This document shows, in pieces, positions 39,309 through 49,525 of a stretch of DNA of 64,000 nt. How positions within the stretch are numbered: the first letter of the stretch is position 1; each line of letters begins with the position of its first letter. The DNA comes from an uncultured bacterium. GTDB taxonomy: Bacteria > Krumholzibacteriota > Krumholzibacteriia > Krumholzibacteriales > Krumholzibacteriaceae. Both the position numbers and the translations under genes were made by a program. The notes below the pieces were generated by a model. It was not told the origin of the DNA, ran no database searches, and worked only from the letters and a program-made list of their open reading frames with translations. The stretch is from positions 69,048 to 133,047 of the forward strand of contig CAVVEY010000019.1 of the NCBI GenBank assembly GCA_963747385.1, read 5' to 3'.

Positions 39309-40523
39309 CTATTGCTGTTGCTTTTTTTGCTCCGCAATCTTCTTGAGTCTCACCTGCCTGTCGATCTGCTTCTTCGCCGAATCGACCCACTGGGGATCCT
39401 TCGTCGCGACGACTCTTTCGAACATCGCGATCGCTTCGTCGAAGCTCTCGAGCTTCGAGAGCGCGGCGCCATACTGGTAATAGAGGAGCGCCGCCGACTG
39501 GCCGGAGTTGCCCTCCAGGCCGCGCTTCGCCGATGCGATCGCCTTCTGGTACTGGCCCATATCGTTGAATACGAGGGCGAGAATGCCGCTGATGTACGGA
39601 TCGCTCCCCTTGAGCTCGAGCGTTCTCTCGAGCTCGACGGGGGCTTGCGCCCTGCGATCGGGCATCTGGGAGAGAATGAGCCCGAGATTCTGATGGTACG
39701 CCGCCTCGTCCGGGAACTGCTTGGAGAGCGCCTCGAAAACGGGAAGGGCGTTCGCGAAATCCTTCTTCTTCATGTACGCCGAGCCGAGCTGCACCCTGAA
39801 TCTGTAGTTATCGGGCGCGACCTCGCTCGCCCGCTTCAGGTATTCTATTCTCTTGTCGTCGTTCCCCTTCTTCTCGTAAAGCGAGGCGAGGGTCCCGAGC
39901 GACGTGGCGTCGTCCGGTTGCGCGGCGACGGCCATTTCGTAATGATAGATCGCCCTGTCCGCATCGTTCTTCTTCAGATAGATGAAACCGAGGGACACAT
40001 GTCCGTCGTAGCTCAGCGAATCCTTCGCGACGAGCTTCGCATAGAATTCCTCGGCCTTATCCATGTTATCGACCTGGAGATAGGCGCGGCCCAGCGCGCC
40101 GACAAACACCGAGTTGCCGGGAGAAAGCACGAGCGCCTTGTGATATGCGTCGATGCTGTTCTGGAAGCTTTTGATCTTCATATACGTTCTTCCGAGCTCG
40201 GCCCAGGCGTCGAGAAAGCCCGGCTCCTGCGCCGTCGCCATCTTGAGCTCGCGTATCGCTTCGTCGTAGTTGCTGGCCGAGAGGAATTGCTGGGCCGTCT
40301 GGTAATGGATCTTGGCGGGCGTGATATTCCGCTCGAAGCCGGCTTCATCCTTGGACGTCATTTTCCCGGATTCGTTGCCGGTCGCGGCGTCCTTGTTCCC
40401 GCCCGACGCGCAGCCGTAGATCGCGAGGAACGCGACAACCGAAAAAAGAACGATTGCTCTCTTCACTATTTCTCCCTTTCTGAGTCGACGATCCACATAG
40501 TCGAGGTTCATGCCACCTCCCAC
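39309..40523 (-). CDS. TPR-repeat lipoprotein
   Basis: Lipobox LAIYGC followed by at least 7 TPR-like repeats (AWAELGRTYMKIKSF..., ALGRAYLQVDNMDKAEEFY...). Confidence 0.65.
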   Translation of the reverse strand: MGGGMNLDYVDRRLRKGEIVKRAIVLFSVVAFLAIYGCASGGNKDAATGNESGKMTSKDEAGFERNITPAKIHYQTAQQFLSASNYDEAIRELKMATAQEPGFLDAWAELGRTYMKIKSFQNSIDAYHKALVLSPGNSVFVGALGRAYLQVDNMDKAEEFYAKLVAKDSLSYDGHVSLGFIYLKKNDADRAIYHYEMAVAAQPDDATSLGTLASLYEKKGNDDKRIEYLKRASEVAPDNYRFRVQLGSAYMKKKDFANALPVFEALSKQFPDEAAYHQNLGLILSQMPDRRAQAPVELERTLELKGSDPYISGILALVFNDMGQYQKAIASAKRGLEGNSGQSAALLYYQYGAALSKLESFDEAIAMFERVVATKDPQWVDSAKKQIDRQVRLKKIAEQKKQQQ

Positions 40524-40574
40524 CCCCTCATAATTAGGGCAACGGGCTCCCCCCTGTCAAGACGCGAGTTCGCC

Positions 40575-41253
40575 TCACGGCCGGGGCGGCGGGACGCTCT
40601 CCCCCGGGGGCGCCAGGAGAGCCTGCTGAAGGATCGCGATATACTCTCTCGCCTTGCCGGCGAGATCGCTTCCCGGAGCGCATGAGACGACCTTTTCCCA
40701 CTCGACGAGCGATTCCCTGAACATGCCGCTCTCCCAGAAGAAGATGGCGAGGTAGGAATGCGGCTGGGGATCGAGCGAATCGATCGCAAAGGCCTTCGAG
40801 AGATGCGCATCGGCTGCCTCGTACTCGCCCGCGTCGAAGAGCGCATACGCGGCGTGGGCGTGCGCGAGGATATCGTCCGGATTCGCCTCGGCCGCCTTCT
40901 CGAACATCCGAAGCGCCTCGTCGCGCCTGTTCTGCCCGTCGAAGAGCACCCCCATGTTCACGTACGCCTTCGAAAGACGCGGGGAGAGCGCGGCGGCCTT
41001 CGCGTAATAGTACAGCGCCGAATCCGGTCTCTCTCCCTCATGGAATGCGACGCCGAGATGGAAGTAGATTTCGGGATCGTCCTTTCGCGTTCCGAGGAGA
41101 TACGTCAGGTACGCGATGCGAGGGCCGGGCGCGAGCCCCTCGAGCACCCGGCCGAGCGAATCCTGTTCCGACGGAGACGCGAAAAGGGGACCGGGCGGAG
41201 CCGACACCGAGAGGAAGATCGCAAGGAAGCAAATATGGAGCGGACGAATCATG
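40575..41253 (-). CDS. Secreted TPR-repeat protein
   Basis: Signal peptide MIRPLHICFLAIFLSVSAPP, then TPR motifs (YFHLGVAFHEGERPDSALYYYAKAAALSP...). Confidence 0.55.
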
Positions 41254-41278
41254 ATCCGGGACCTCCGCGGACCGTTCG

Positions 41279-42493
41279 TCAGCGTGTCGTTTTGCGCCTC
41301 GACCAGGTCTCCGAGGCGCTCAGGCCGACCGCCATTCTGAACACCCGCTCGTCCACGCCGTTCGCGCCGATCGACCCGATCTGCCCGATCTCGAAGGAGA
41401 GGTCCATTTTTCCCGGACCTCCGGGAAGATCGAAGCCGGACCCGAACGTGACGAAGCGCGATTTCACGGGATTCCCGGCGGGATACTCGAGATGCCAGCG
41501 ATTTTCGTAGAACCCGAGCCGCAGGGGAATTCTCGTGAAGAAGCTCCCCTCCCGGCCGGGGCGTTTCTCGACGCCGAACGCCACGAGACTCTCGTCCCCT
41601 ATCGAGCCGGCGAGCTGCTCGTAGCCCCGAGTTTCCGGGGCGCTCCGGGTCCAGAAATGGGCGCTCAGCCAATAGCGCTCCGTAATTCCGAACGCGGCGC
41701 CCGCCTCCCACGAGGAGGGGAGCTCGAATCGCCATGCCGCGATCGAGTCGAATTCGGCCCGGCTGTACGCGAACGTCTCGTCCCCCTCGTACGCGACGCC
41801 GCTTTTCCATCCGAGACCGAGGGAGAGCCGGGGATGGACGTTCAGGAGCGCGGATCCGGACCAGGAGCTTCCGGAGAAGCTCCTCACGCGTTTCGATTCG
41901 ACCGACGAGTAATAGTCTTTCTTGTACTCCACCCCGTAGGAATCCTCGATGGAGCCGCGCTCGACATGATAGGCGCCCGCGACGCGCGCCCACGATACGG
42001 GCCTCCAGGCGAGGGTAAGAGGCACGTTGAAGAGACCGCTTCGATGGCGGTACACCTCGTATGCCGTCGCCGAGCTCTCGATCGGATATGCGAAGGAAAA
42101 ATCTCCCTTCCCCGCGAACTCCGTTCGATAGCCGAATCCGAGGACGAGACCCTTCCGCAGCGGCACGCCGAACATGACGGACGGAAGCTGGAACCGGCTC
42201 TCGTACGCGGCTTCGCTCCCGCTCCGGACGTTCGAGACGCTCAGGATCTCGACGAGGGAAAACGTCAGCCGGGTAAGGTCGGCCATCGAGGCCGGATTCG
42301 CCGAGACGGCGCCGGCGGAATCGATCACGGCGTACGAGGAAAGCCCGAGGCTCCGGTAGCGCGCGCTCCCGGTGAAAGCGTGCTCGCCGAGATAATTGAT
42401 GCCGAAGACCGATTGGGCGAGCGCCGGATCGAGCGCCCCGGAAGCGAGAACCAGCGCCGTCGCGAGCGCGGCGGCAAGAGTTCTATTTCTCAT
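41279..42493 (-). CDS. Hypothetical outer-membrane beta-barrel-like protein (signal peptide)
   Basis: Signal peptide MRNRTLAAALATALVLASGALDPALAQ, and many amphipathic beta-strand-like segments (LVLGFGYRTEF, RLSLGLGWKSGVAYEG, IPLRLGFYENRW). Confidence 0.4.
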   Translation of the reverse strand: MRNRTLAAALATALVLASGALDPALAQSVFGINYLGEHAFTGSARYRSLGLSSYAVIDSAGAVSANPASMADLTRLTFSLVEILSVSNVRSGSEAAYESRFQLPSVMFGVPLRKGLVLGFGYRTEFAGKGDFSFAYPIESSATAYEVYRHRSGLFNVPLTLAWRPVSWARVAGAYHVERGSIEDSYGVEYKKDYYSSVESKRVRSFSGSSWSGSALLNVHPRLSLGLGWKSGVAYEGDETFAYSRAEFDSIAAWRFELPSSWEAGAAFGITERYWLSAHFWTRSAPETRGYEQLAGSIGDESLVAFGVEKRPGREGSFFTRIPLRLGFYENRWHLEYPAGNPVKSRFVTFGSGFDLPGGPGKMDLSFEIGQIGSIGANGVDERVFRMAVGLSASETWSRRKTTR

Positions 42494-43674
42494 CGCGCGC
42501 CTCCGAAATCGGCGGGAAGCGAATAGAATATCTCCAGGTACGGGGCGTCAGCGCCTCCCGGCGATACGAAGGAGACCCTCTGGATGCGGCTCGATTCCAG
42601 ATTCGACTGCAGCACCAGCCCCGTGTTCTCGCGGGCTCCCCTGAGGAGATCGCCCATGTAGCCCCTGAGAGGCAGCTTGAGCGTTTTCGAGACCGTCGGG
42701 TCGAGCGAGTTCTGGTCGACGCCCGTGCCCTTGCGGAAATCCGACGAGAGAGTATCGGCCGAATCGGGCGCGTAGAGATAGTAGCTGAAAATGGAAGTAT
42801 AGCCGATCACGAGCTGCTCGCCGGTCGCTCCGCCGAATCCCTTGTCTCCCCGCACCTTGAGCACGAGGAAGGCGGCGTTCACCATCGCGCGTTCGGGGAT
42901 GCCGGCCGGGTCGAAGCCGAACGAGACGCGCCGGGCGAGGCCTCCGACGCAGTTGAGCCCCGGCTCCTCGAATACCGCGACCGAATAGTCTGCGTTCGAG
43001 GGGAATGTGGCGGACGTGCCGTCGGTGAACGTCACGCGCACGGCGGGAGGATCGCTGCCGTACTCGCGCGACTTTATCTCGAGCGAGGTCGTCGTGTCGG
43101 GGACCGCCGCCCAGACGATCGCGATCCCGTTGTGCTCCCGCGTCCCCGAGAGCCACCCGTTGACCACGGCGGTATCGATACCGAACTCCGTTCTTTCGAT
43201 GCCGAGCGTATCGACCGTCACGCCGAGGGAATCGGGGATCGGATCCGGGTCGTACGGCGGCACCGCGGTGATGCTCGACGAGTCTTCGAAGCTCGAGAGA
43301 AGCTCGTGGAAGGTCGCTGGAAGCACGAAATCCTCAGGCGTCGACACCTGTATGGGGAGGTGGAGCCGGGCCGACGAGACGGTCTTGCCGGCGTCATCGG
43401 CGTCGAGCGTAAAATCGAACTTGATGAGCACGGCGCGGTACTCGATCCCCTGCAGCCTGCCGAGGATCAGAAGCCGCCCCGTTCCGACTCCCTCCGGGAC
43501 GGAGACCGTGACCGCGCTCACCGGAACGACCACCCGGTGAATGTCTCCCCCCTTGACCCCGTAGGTGCCGTCGTCGACGAATTTTTGGGACACCGGTCCC
43601 TCGGGATCCGAGCTGCACGACAGCGCGAACGCGAGAAACACGGCGACGATCCAGTATCTTGATTTCAATTTCAT
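42490..43674 (-). CDS. Hypothetical lipoprotein
   Basis: MKLKSRYWIVAVFLAFALSCSS lipobox (Met ~43674). Confidence 0.45.
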   Translation of the reverse strand: MKLKSRYWIVAVFLAFALSCSSDPEGPVSQKFVDDGTYGVKGGDIHRVVVPVSAVTVSVPEGVGTGRLLILGRLQGIEYRAVLIKFDFTLDADDAGKTVSSARLHLPIQVSTPEDFVLPATFHELLSSFEDSSSITAVPPYDPDPIPDSLGVTVDTLGIERTEFGIDTAVVNGWLSGTREHNGIAIVWAAVPDTTTSLEIKSREYGSDPPAVRVTFTDGTSATFPSNADYSVAVFEEPGLNCVGGLARRVSFGFDPAGIPERAMVNAAFLVLKVRGDKGFGGATGEQLVIGYTSIFSYYLYAPDSADTLSSDFRKGTGVDQNSLDPTVSKTLKLPLRGYMGDLLRGARENTGLVLQSNLESSRIQRVSFVSPGGADAPYLEIFYSLPADFGGAR

Positions 43675-43943
43675 ATCCTCAATGTAACGTCGAAAGAAAC
43701 GCGCACCAAGAAATATCATACATCCCGAGAGGGCGTCAAGGCGAATGGCTGCCCCGGACGATCCCCCGGCACGCTCACCGGTCCGCGCAGAGGGACCGCT
43801 CCATTTCGGCCGCAGGACGCCCGGCTTCTGCGCGAGCGGCCCGAGGCGCGTGGCGGAAGAGCGGGCGAGGGAGAATGGACGATTCCTCCGCTCTTCTGGA
43901 GTATAGACACGGCGGAACCGATATGGTAGAATGAACGGGTAAC

Positions 43944-45008
43944 GTGATGATTTATCACAAATTGTGCAGTACCGAAATGGAGGGTTCTGTGACCAATAGC
44001 ATCTTCCAGGGCAAGCGGATTCTCGTTACCGGGGGCACCGGCTCGTTCGGCCACTTCATCACCAAGGAGCTCATCGCTTTCCATCCGGCGGAAATCCGCG
44101 TATTCAGCCGAGACGAGAAAAAACAGGACGATATGCGCAGGGAATTCGAGAATCAGGTCAACGTCACCCTCGTCATAGGCGATGTGCGGGACGCGAATGC
44201 GGTGCGCAAGGCGGTGCGCGACATCGATCTGATTTTCCACGCCGCCGCGCTGAAACAGGTTCCGAGCTGCGAGTATCATGTGCACGAAGCGGTGCTCACG
44301 AATATCATCGGTCCGCAGAACATCATCGCCGCGGCCATCGAGGAAGAGGTCGACAAGGTCATTGCGATCAGCACCGACAAGGCGGTGAAGCCGGTCAATA
44401 CGATGGGCATGACGAAGGCGCTCCAGGAGCGGCTGTTCATCACGGCGAACATGTGGAAAGGCTCCAAGAAAACGGTATTCGCCTGCGCGCGGTACGGCAA
44501 CGTGATCGGTTCCCGGGGATCGGTCATTCCCCTGTATAAGGAGCAGATCGAAGCGGGAGGCCCCGTCACGATCACCGACGGGAACATGACCAGATTCATC
44601 CTGCCCCTTTCCGACGCCATCCAGCTCGTGTTTCTGGCGATCAACCAGTGCGTGGGCGGAGAGATCTACGTGCCCAAGATCCCCGCCATCAAGATAAAGA
44701 CGCTGGCCGACCTCATGATCGAAAAATTGGGTGAAGGGAAAAAGATCGAAATCAAGGACATCGGCATACGGCCGGGAGAGAAGATTCACGAGGTTCTCAT
44801 CTCCGAGGAGGAACGGTTCCGCACGATAGACAACGGGGATTCCTACGTCATTCTGCCGAACATCCAGCTGCCGGGCGTATGGGACAACTACCGGGATCGG
44901 AAGCGCGTCGACGGAGAATTCTTCGAATACTGCTCGGAGGACGCCGAGAAATACACGAAGAAGCAGCTCGTGGAAATTCTTGTCAAGGAAGGCATATTTC
45001 CTGCATAA
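43944..45008 (+). CDS. UDP-N-acetylglucosamine 4,6-dehydratase (PseB/CapD/FlaA1-type short-chain dehydratase)
   Basis: ILVTGGTGSFG Rossmann motif, Y-x3-K active-site region, PseB/CapD-like C-terminus. ~340 aa. Confidence 0.75.
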   Translation: MMIYHKLCSTEMEGSVTNSIFQGKRILVTGGTGSFGHFITKELIAFHPAEIRVFSRDEKKQDDMRREFENQVNVTLVIGDVRDANAVRKAVRDIDLIFHAAALKQVPSCEYHVHEAVLTNIIGPQNIIAAAIEEEVDKVIAISTDKAVKPVNTMGMTKALQERLFITANMWKGSKKTVFACARYGNVIGSRGSVIPLYKEQIEAGGPVTITDGNMTRFILPLSDAIQLVFLAINQCVGGEIYVPKIPAIKIKTLADLMIEKLGEGKKIEIKDIGIRPGEKIHEVLISEEERFRTIDNGDSYVILPNIQLPGVWDNYRDRKRVDGEFFEYCSEDAEKYTKKQLVEILVKEGIFPA

Positions 45009-45082
45009 TCCGTCCGATCGATCGACTGTGGGCGCCCCTGGTGCGCGACAATCCATTCACCGTCGAATGAAACGTTCCGGGA

Positions 45083-45826
45083 GTGAAGATGATCGGCAAA
45101 CTCTTCGTCTGCATCATGGCGTACAATGAGGAGAAGAACATCGGCCGGGTGCTCGCCGATGTGTCCGCAAGCGGTCTCGCCGACGAAATAATCGTGGTGG
45201 ACGACGCGAGCACCGACGGCACCGCCGCCGTCGTCGCTTCCCATCCGCGGGTGAAATACGCGAGGAACGAAACGAACAGGGGAATCGGCGGCACCGAGAA
45301 AAGGTTGTACGACGAATTCCTGAAGCATTCCGACGCCGACGACGACGTCATGGTCATCATGCACGGCGACGGCCAGATGCGCGTCGAGGAGCTGGGACTT
45401 TTCAAGGAGGCTTTCGAAACGACGGACGCGAGCGTCGTCCTTGGATCGAGATTGCTGGGCCGCAGCAACTTCTTCGACGCCGGACGCAGGCCGTTATGGA
45501 AGATCCTGGGGGATATCGCCGCCTGCACGTGTTTGAATATCGCGTTCGCCATGCGTCTTCATTCGTACGGGAGCGCGTTCCGCGGCTGGAAGCGGAGCGC
45601 GGTGGCGATCCTGAAATACAACGAGGGCTCGAACAAGGTCGTATTCGGCATCGAGATCATCGCCATGGCGAAGCTCCAGAACTTGAGGATGCGCGAGATT
45701 CCGATACAGACCGTGTGGAGCGATCTTGCCTTCAATTCAAATATCGCGAAATATGCGATCGACGTGTTCGGCTGTATGCTGAAGTACGGTCCGAAGATCT
45801 GGAAGGCGAAGCTGCGATTGGGTTGA
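45083..45826 (+). CDS. GT2-family glycosyltransferase (polyprenyl-phosphate sugar synthase, DPM1/GtrB-like)
   Basis: CIMAYNEEKNIGRVL...EIIVVDDASTDGT...HGDGQ are GT2 DxD/DPM1-type motifs. 247 aa. Confidence 0.75.
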   Translation: MKMIGKLFVCIMAYNEEKNIGRVLADVSASGLADEIIVVDDASTDGTAAVVASHPRVKYARNETNRGIGGTEKRLYDEFLKHSDADDDVMVIMHGDGQMRVEELGLFKEAFETTDASVVLGSRLLGRSNFFDAGRRPLWKILGDIAACTCLNIAFAMRLHSYGSAFRGWKRSAVAILKYNEGSNKVVFGIEIIAMAKLQNLRMREIPIQTVWSDLAFNSNIAKYAIDVFGCMLKYGPKIWKAKLRLG

Positions 45827-45842
45827 AATCCCGGAGAAAACC

Positions 45843-47888
45843 ATGATGCGATCTCCTGAATCGACGAGAATGAATGCGATGACCGTGACGCTGCTGGTTG
45901 TATTCCTCGTCTGCTCGTTGGCCCTGATAGTCGAGCTTCCCGTTTTCATGCGGGTCATACTGGGGGTGCCGCTCGTATTCTATCTGCCCGGGCTCACCTT
46001 GATGATGGCGTTCAATCTCCGCGAAGGCTCCCGGGAGGATCACGTATTCCAGCCTCTCCTCCTGTCGCCGATCGCGATGTCGTTCGCGATGCTGGCGCTC
46101 TTCGCGATAACCGGTTCTATTCTTCTTTCGCTCAAGTATTCCGTCCTGCTGTTTCTGCTTCTCTTCATCGTTCTGGCACTCGGGCGGAAAGGGTATGCAT
46201 TCGGCCGGGGCGAAGAAATCCCCAGGGAGATCTATCTCGTGGCGGTCATGTTCTGCATGCTCATGCTTGCTTCATTTCTCGCCAACCCTCATTTATTCGT
46301 TCGATCCGATTCGTATTATCACGTGTCGGTGATAAACGAGATTATGGCGCGAGGCATACCGCCGATGGATCCTCGCCTGCCCGATATACCGATCAAATAT
46401 TACTGGATGTATCATTTCTTTCTGTCCGGCTGGAAGGAACTGACGGGCCTGTCGATTTTCTGGATTCTGTTCTCGTTCATGTTGGTCAACGCGTTCTCGT
46501 TCCCGTACCTCGTCGCTCGATTCACGCGCGTCTTTACCGATGACCGCGCGAAGTTGATTTGTACGCCTGTATTCGCGATCGCCGGGCTCGGCGCAGCATC
46601 GTGGATCTTGTGGCCCGTCGTACTTCTGCGGCTTCCGTTCGGCGACGTAACGGGCGCCGAGGAGTGGAAGAGAATCCTCGGCGAGGTTCACTTCAATTCT
46701 CATCAAGTGATCTACACCTTGACGCCGAAAGGGACACAGCCGACGAGTGTGCTCGACAAGTTCTATACCCTGACGACCTACACCTATTCGATAAGCCTGT
46801 TTCTTCTGTGCACTATTTCCGTCATCGGTTCCGCCCTTGAAAAAGCGCGGAGGGCGAGGTACATACCATTCCTGGTTCTGCTTTTCGTCGGTAATTTCCT
46901 CTTTCAGATATTGACCGGTACGGCGCTGATACTGATGGCCGTCGGCTCGGGACTGTTGCTCGCCGCGCTTTCCCTGAGAAACAGGAAGGCTCCCCCCGTG
47001 TTCGCCACGCTCGTCCTCCCCGGGGTGGCGATCGTGTCGGCGCTCCTTGTCCTGCCTTATGTGCGATCGCTCGGCAGCACCGGAGAAGGAAGCGCCGTGC
47101 GGCAGTTCACGCATTTCGGAAAGACGAATGTCTTTTCCATCATGGCGCCTCTCATCGCGCTGTTTCCATTTTCCGTGCGGGCGATCAGAAAGCTCGTCAC
47201 GACGAACGACGAAAGATGGCGGATGCTCTCGGCGTGGATCGCGGCGCTGTTCGTCGTGGCCATTTTCTTCGATGCGGGAGGAACGGCGGAGATCAAGCTG
47301 GTCTTCTTTCTGTTCCTCTTGCTGCTTCCTTTGATCGCGTGGGAATTGATCGATAGCCTTCGCCGGTCAAGCGGAATGAGGCTGTTTCTGCTGTCGGCGT
47401 GGATCTTCATCCTGTTCGTCGTTCCGACGGCGCTCACAGTGAGAGGATTCCTGATGGACGGCCCTCTAACCAAGGACCAGGAGCACGAGTACGTTCTGAA
47501 TCAGGCCGACCGGGAGCTCGTCGAATGGGTACGGGAGAACACCGGCAGGGACGCCGTCATGATTGAAAATAAAGTCTACAGCATCATGCCGACGTACGCC
47601 GGGAGAAGGGATTTCTATTCGGTTCAGGCGGCGACGGAAACGTTCGGGTATGACGACAGCACGACCGCGCGGTACAAGGAGATCTATCACAACGTGTTTT
47701 CGGCGGAGCCGACGCGAAAAGAGGACGTCGAGTATCTCCGCGGCCGCGGATTCGATCTGTTCGTGGTGGTCTGGGACATCGACAGGGAGAGAAGCCCGGA
47801 AATAGCCGCGAAGTTCGATTCGTCTCCGGAACTGTTCGAGAAGCTGTATCAGGGCGCGGCAGGCACGATCTACCGCTTCAATAAATAA
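45843..47888 (+). CDS. Large polytopic membrane protein with C-terminal soluble domain (putative GT-C-fold glycosyltransferase; paralog of 51531..54085)
   Basis: 681 aa with at least 12 predicted TM helices followed by a ~170-aa soluble C-domain. Immediately downstream of a DPM1-like GT2. Confidence 0.4.
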   Translation: MMRSPESTRMNAMTVTLLVVFLVCSLALIVELPVFMRVILGVPLVFYLPGLTLMMAFNLREGSREDHVFQPLLLSPIAMSFAMLALFAITGSILLSLKYSVLLFLLLFIVLALGRKGYAFGRGEEIPREIYLVAVMFCMLMLASFLANPHLFVRSDSYYHVSVINEIMARGIPPMDPRLPDIPIKYYWMYHFFLSGWKELTGLSIFWILFSFMLVNAFSFPYLVARFTRVFTDDRAKLICTPVFAIAGLGAASWILWPVVLLRLPFGDVTGAEEWKRILGEVHFNSHQVIYTLTPKGTQPTSVLDKFYTLTTYTYSISLFLLCTISVIGSALEKARRARYIPFLVLLFVGNFLFQILTGTALILMAVGSGLLLAALSLRNRKAPPVFATLVLPGVAIVSALLVLPYVRSLGSTGEGSAVRQFTHFGKTNVFSIMAPLIALFPFSVRAIRKLVTTNDERWRMLSAWIAALFVVAIFFDAGGTAEIKLVFFLFLLLLPLIAWELIDSLRRSSGMRLFLLSAWIFILFVVPTALTVRGFLMDGPLTKDQEHEYVLNQADRELVEWVRENTGRDAVMIENKVYSIMPTYAGRRDFYSVQAATETFGYDDSTTARYKEIYHNVFSAEPTRKEDVEYLRGRGFDLFVVVWDIDRERSPEIAAKFDSSPELFEKLYQGAAGTIYRFNK

Positions 47889-47892
47889 AGCG

Positions 47893-48294
47893 TCACTCTC
47901 CCGGGCATCGCTCCTTCGAAAACGTATCGGAGTCTTCGGGATTGAACGGTTCGGACGTGTATACCAGGAGTATCAGCTCGCCCGTTCCCACGTTTTCCAG
48001 ATAGTGGTAGAAATGAGGAGAGATCTCGACGGTTACCATGTTGCTCTCTCCCATGACGACCGTGTGTTTCTCTCCCGTCCGCATATTCTCCAGGTGCAGT
48101 TCGCCGGATCCCCTGATGACGCAGAACCACTCGGTCTTTCTCGTATGATAATGCTGTCCCTTGATCAAACCGGGATTCGCGGTCGAGACAAAGAACTGCC
48201 CTTTCATTTCGGCTTCGCCGATGTATTCGGGCTTGAATACCTCGACCAGCGATCCCCTCGCATCCTTCTTGACATCAAGCTTTATTACTTTCAT
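47893..48294 (-). CDS. WxcM/FdtA-like sugar 3,4-ketoisomerase (cupin)
   Basis: 133 aa, ...DARGSLVEVF...KGQHYHTRKTEWFCVIRGSGELHL..., matching FdtA/QdtA-type isomerases. Confidence 0.6.
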   Translation of the reverse strand: MKVIKLDVKKDARGSLVEVFKPEYIGEAEMKGQFFVSTANPGLIKGQHYHTRKTEWFCVIRGSGELHLENMRTGEKHTVVMGESNMVTVEISPHFYHYLENVGTGELILLVYTSEPFNPEDSDTFSKERCPGE

Positions 48295-49525
48295 AAAAAT
48301 CCTTTGCGAAGTGTACGAGTTCGTTGCGGAGCTTTACAAACGCGCTCCTCGACATCGTGCTCAGCTCATAGGTGACGCCGCCGAATCCATTCGTATCGAT
48401 GATGTAGTAATTATCGAAGTCGGAATCCGTTATCGTTATTCCGTACGACTCCGGATCGCTCCAGATCGGAGTGCCGGGATACGGCACGAATGTGTAAATA
48501 CTGACCTTGTCGGGCCGTGTCTCTTCGATGAAGCGTTTCGTCTCGAGAATCGTCTCCGGGGTTTCCCCCGGCAGGCCGACGACGAAGTACGCCTTTGTGA
48601 CGATGCCCGCCCTTTTGGCGTTCGCGATCGCGAGCTTGTTGCGCTGCACCGTATTCTGTTTGTTCATCCGGTCCAATATGCTCTGGGAGCCCGATTCTAT
48701 GCCGAACGCGATTTCCCTGCAGCCGCCGCGATAGAGCATCTCGAAATCCCCGATGGAATACAGGCCGACGCGGCTATTGCATCTGAAATGAATATCCATG
48801 CTCCGGAACGCATCGAGGATCGCGCGCAATCTCCGCCGATTGATGGTGAATATATCGTCGAGAAAATGGATAGCCCTGATATCGTAGGTGTCGACGATCT
48901 CTTCCGCCTCGCGTATGACGTTCTGCGCGGATCTCAATCTGAAATTATCGCCGTAGATTCCCTTGTAGCAGAAGGAGCACATATACGGACAGCCGCGGCC
49001 GGTGATCATATTGGTCGCTTTCCTGTTCAATACCGAGCGGCTGTAGCCGTACATGTCGACACGGTGTCTCGCGGGAAATGGTATGGCATCGAGATCCATC
49101 ACCGGGCGGCTGTTGACTATTCTCTCCGTGCTGCCCGCCTTGATCCTGTCCAGCACCTCGAGTATCCCGGTCTCTCCCTCTCCCTTTACGATAAAATCGA
49201 AATTCCCGTGAGCCATCGTCTGCTCCGGCAGCGCGCTGGGATGTGCGCCGCCGACGACGATCCGGCTGCGGGGATACCGGGACTTGATCAGATCGCTTAT
49301 TCTCGCCGAATACGACAACGTGGCCGTGTAGCAGGTGATGCCGTATGCGTCGGCCTCTTCGAGATGCTCCCCCCAACAGGGCTCCGGAATGCCGGCGAGA
49401 TCGACGATGGACGTTTCGACCCCGTGCTTTTCGAGCACGGATGCGATATACATCAGCCCAAGAGGAGGATCCTGCCTGTTATCGAGCACGTTGAGCTGCG
49501 GTGGATGGATGAGTGAGATCTTCAT
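48275..49525 (-). CDS. B12-binding domain radical SAM protein (class B)
   Basis: N-terminal B12-binding-like domain. CxxxCxxC appears as GRGCPYMCSFCYK. Met at 49525. Confidence 0.75.
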   Translation of the reverse strand: MKISLIHPPQLNVLDNRQDPPLGLMYIASVLEKHGVETSIVDLAGIPEPCWGEHLEEADAYGITCYTATLSYSARISDLIKSRYPRSRIVVGGAHPSALPEQTMAHGNFDFIVKGEGETGILEVLDRIKAGSTERIVNSRPVMDLDAIPFPARHRVDMYGYSRSVLNRKATNMITGRGCPYMCSFCYKGIYGDNFRLRSAQNVIREAEEIVDTYDIRAIHFLDDIFTINRRRLRAILDAFRSMDIHFRCNSRVGLYSIGDFEMLYRGGCREIAFGIESGSQSILDRMNKQNTVQRNKLAIANAKRAGIVTKAYFVVGLPGETPETILETKRFIEETRPDKVSIYTFVPYPGTPIWSDPESYGITITDSDFDNYYIIDTNGFGGVTYELSTMSRSAFVKLRNELVHFAKDFYESNKA

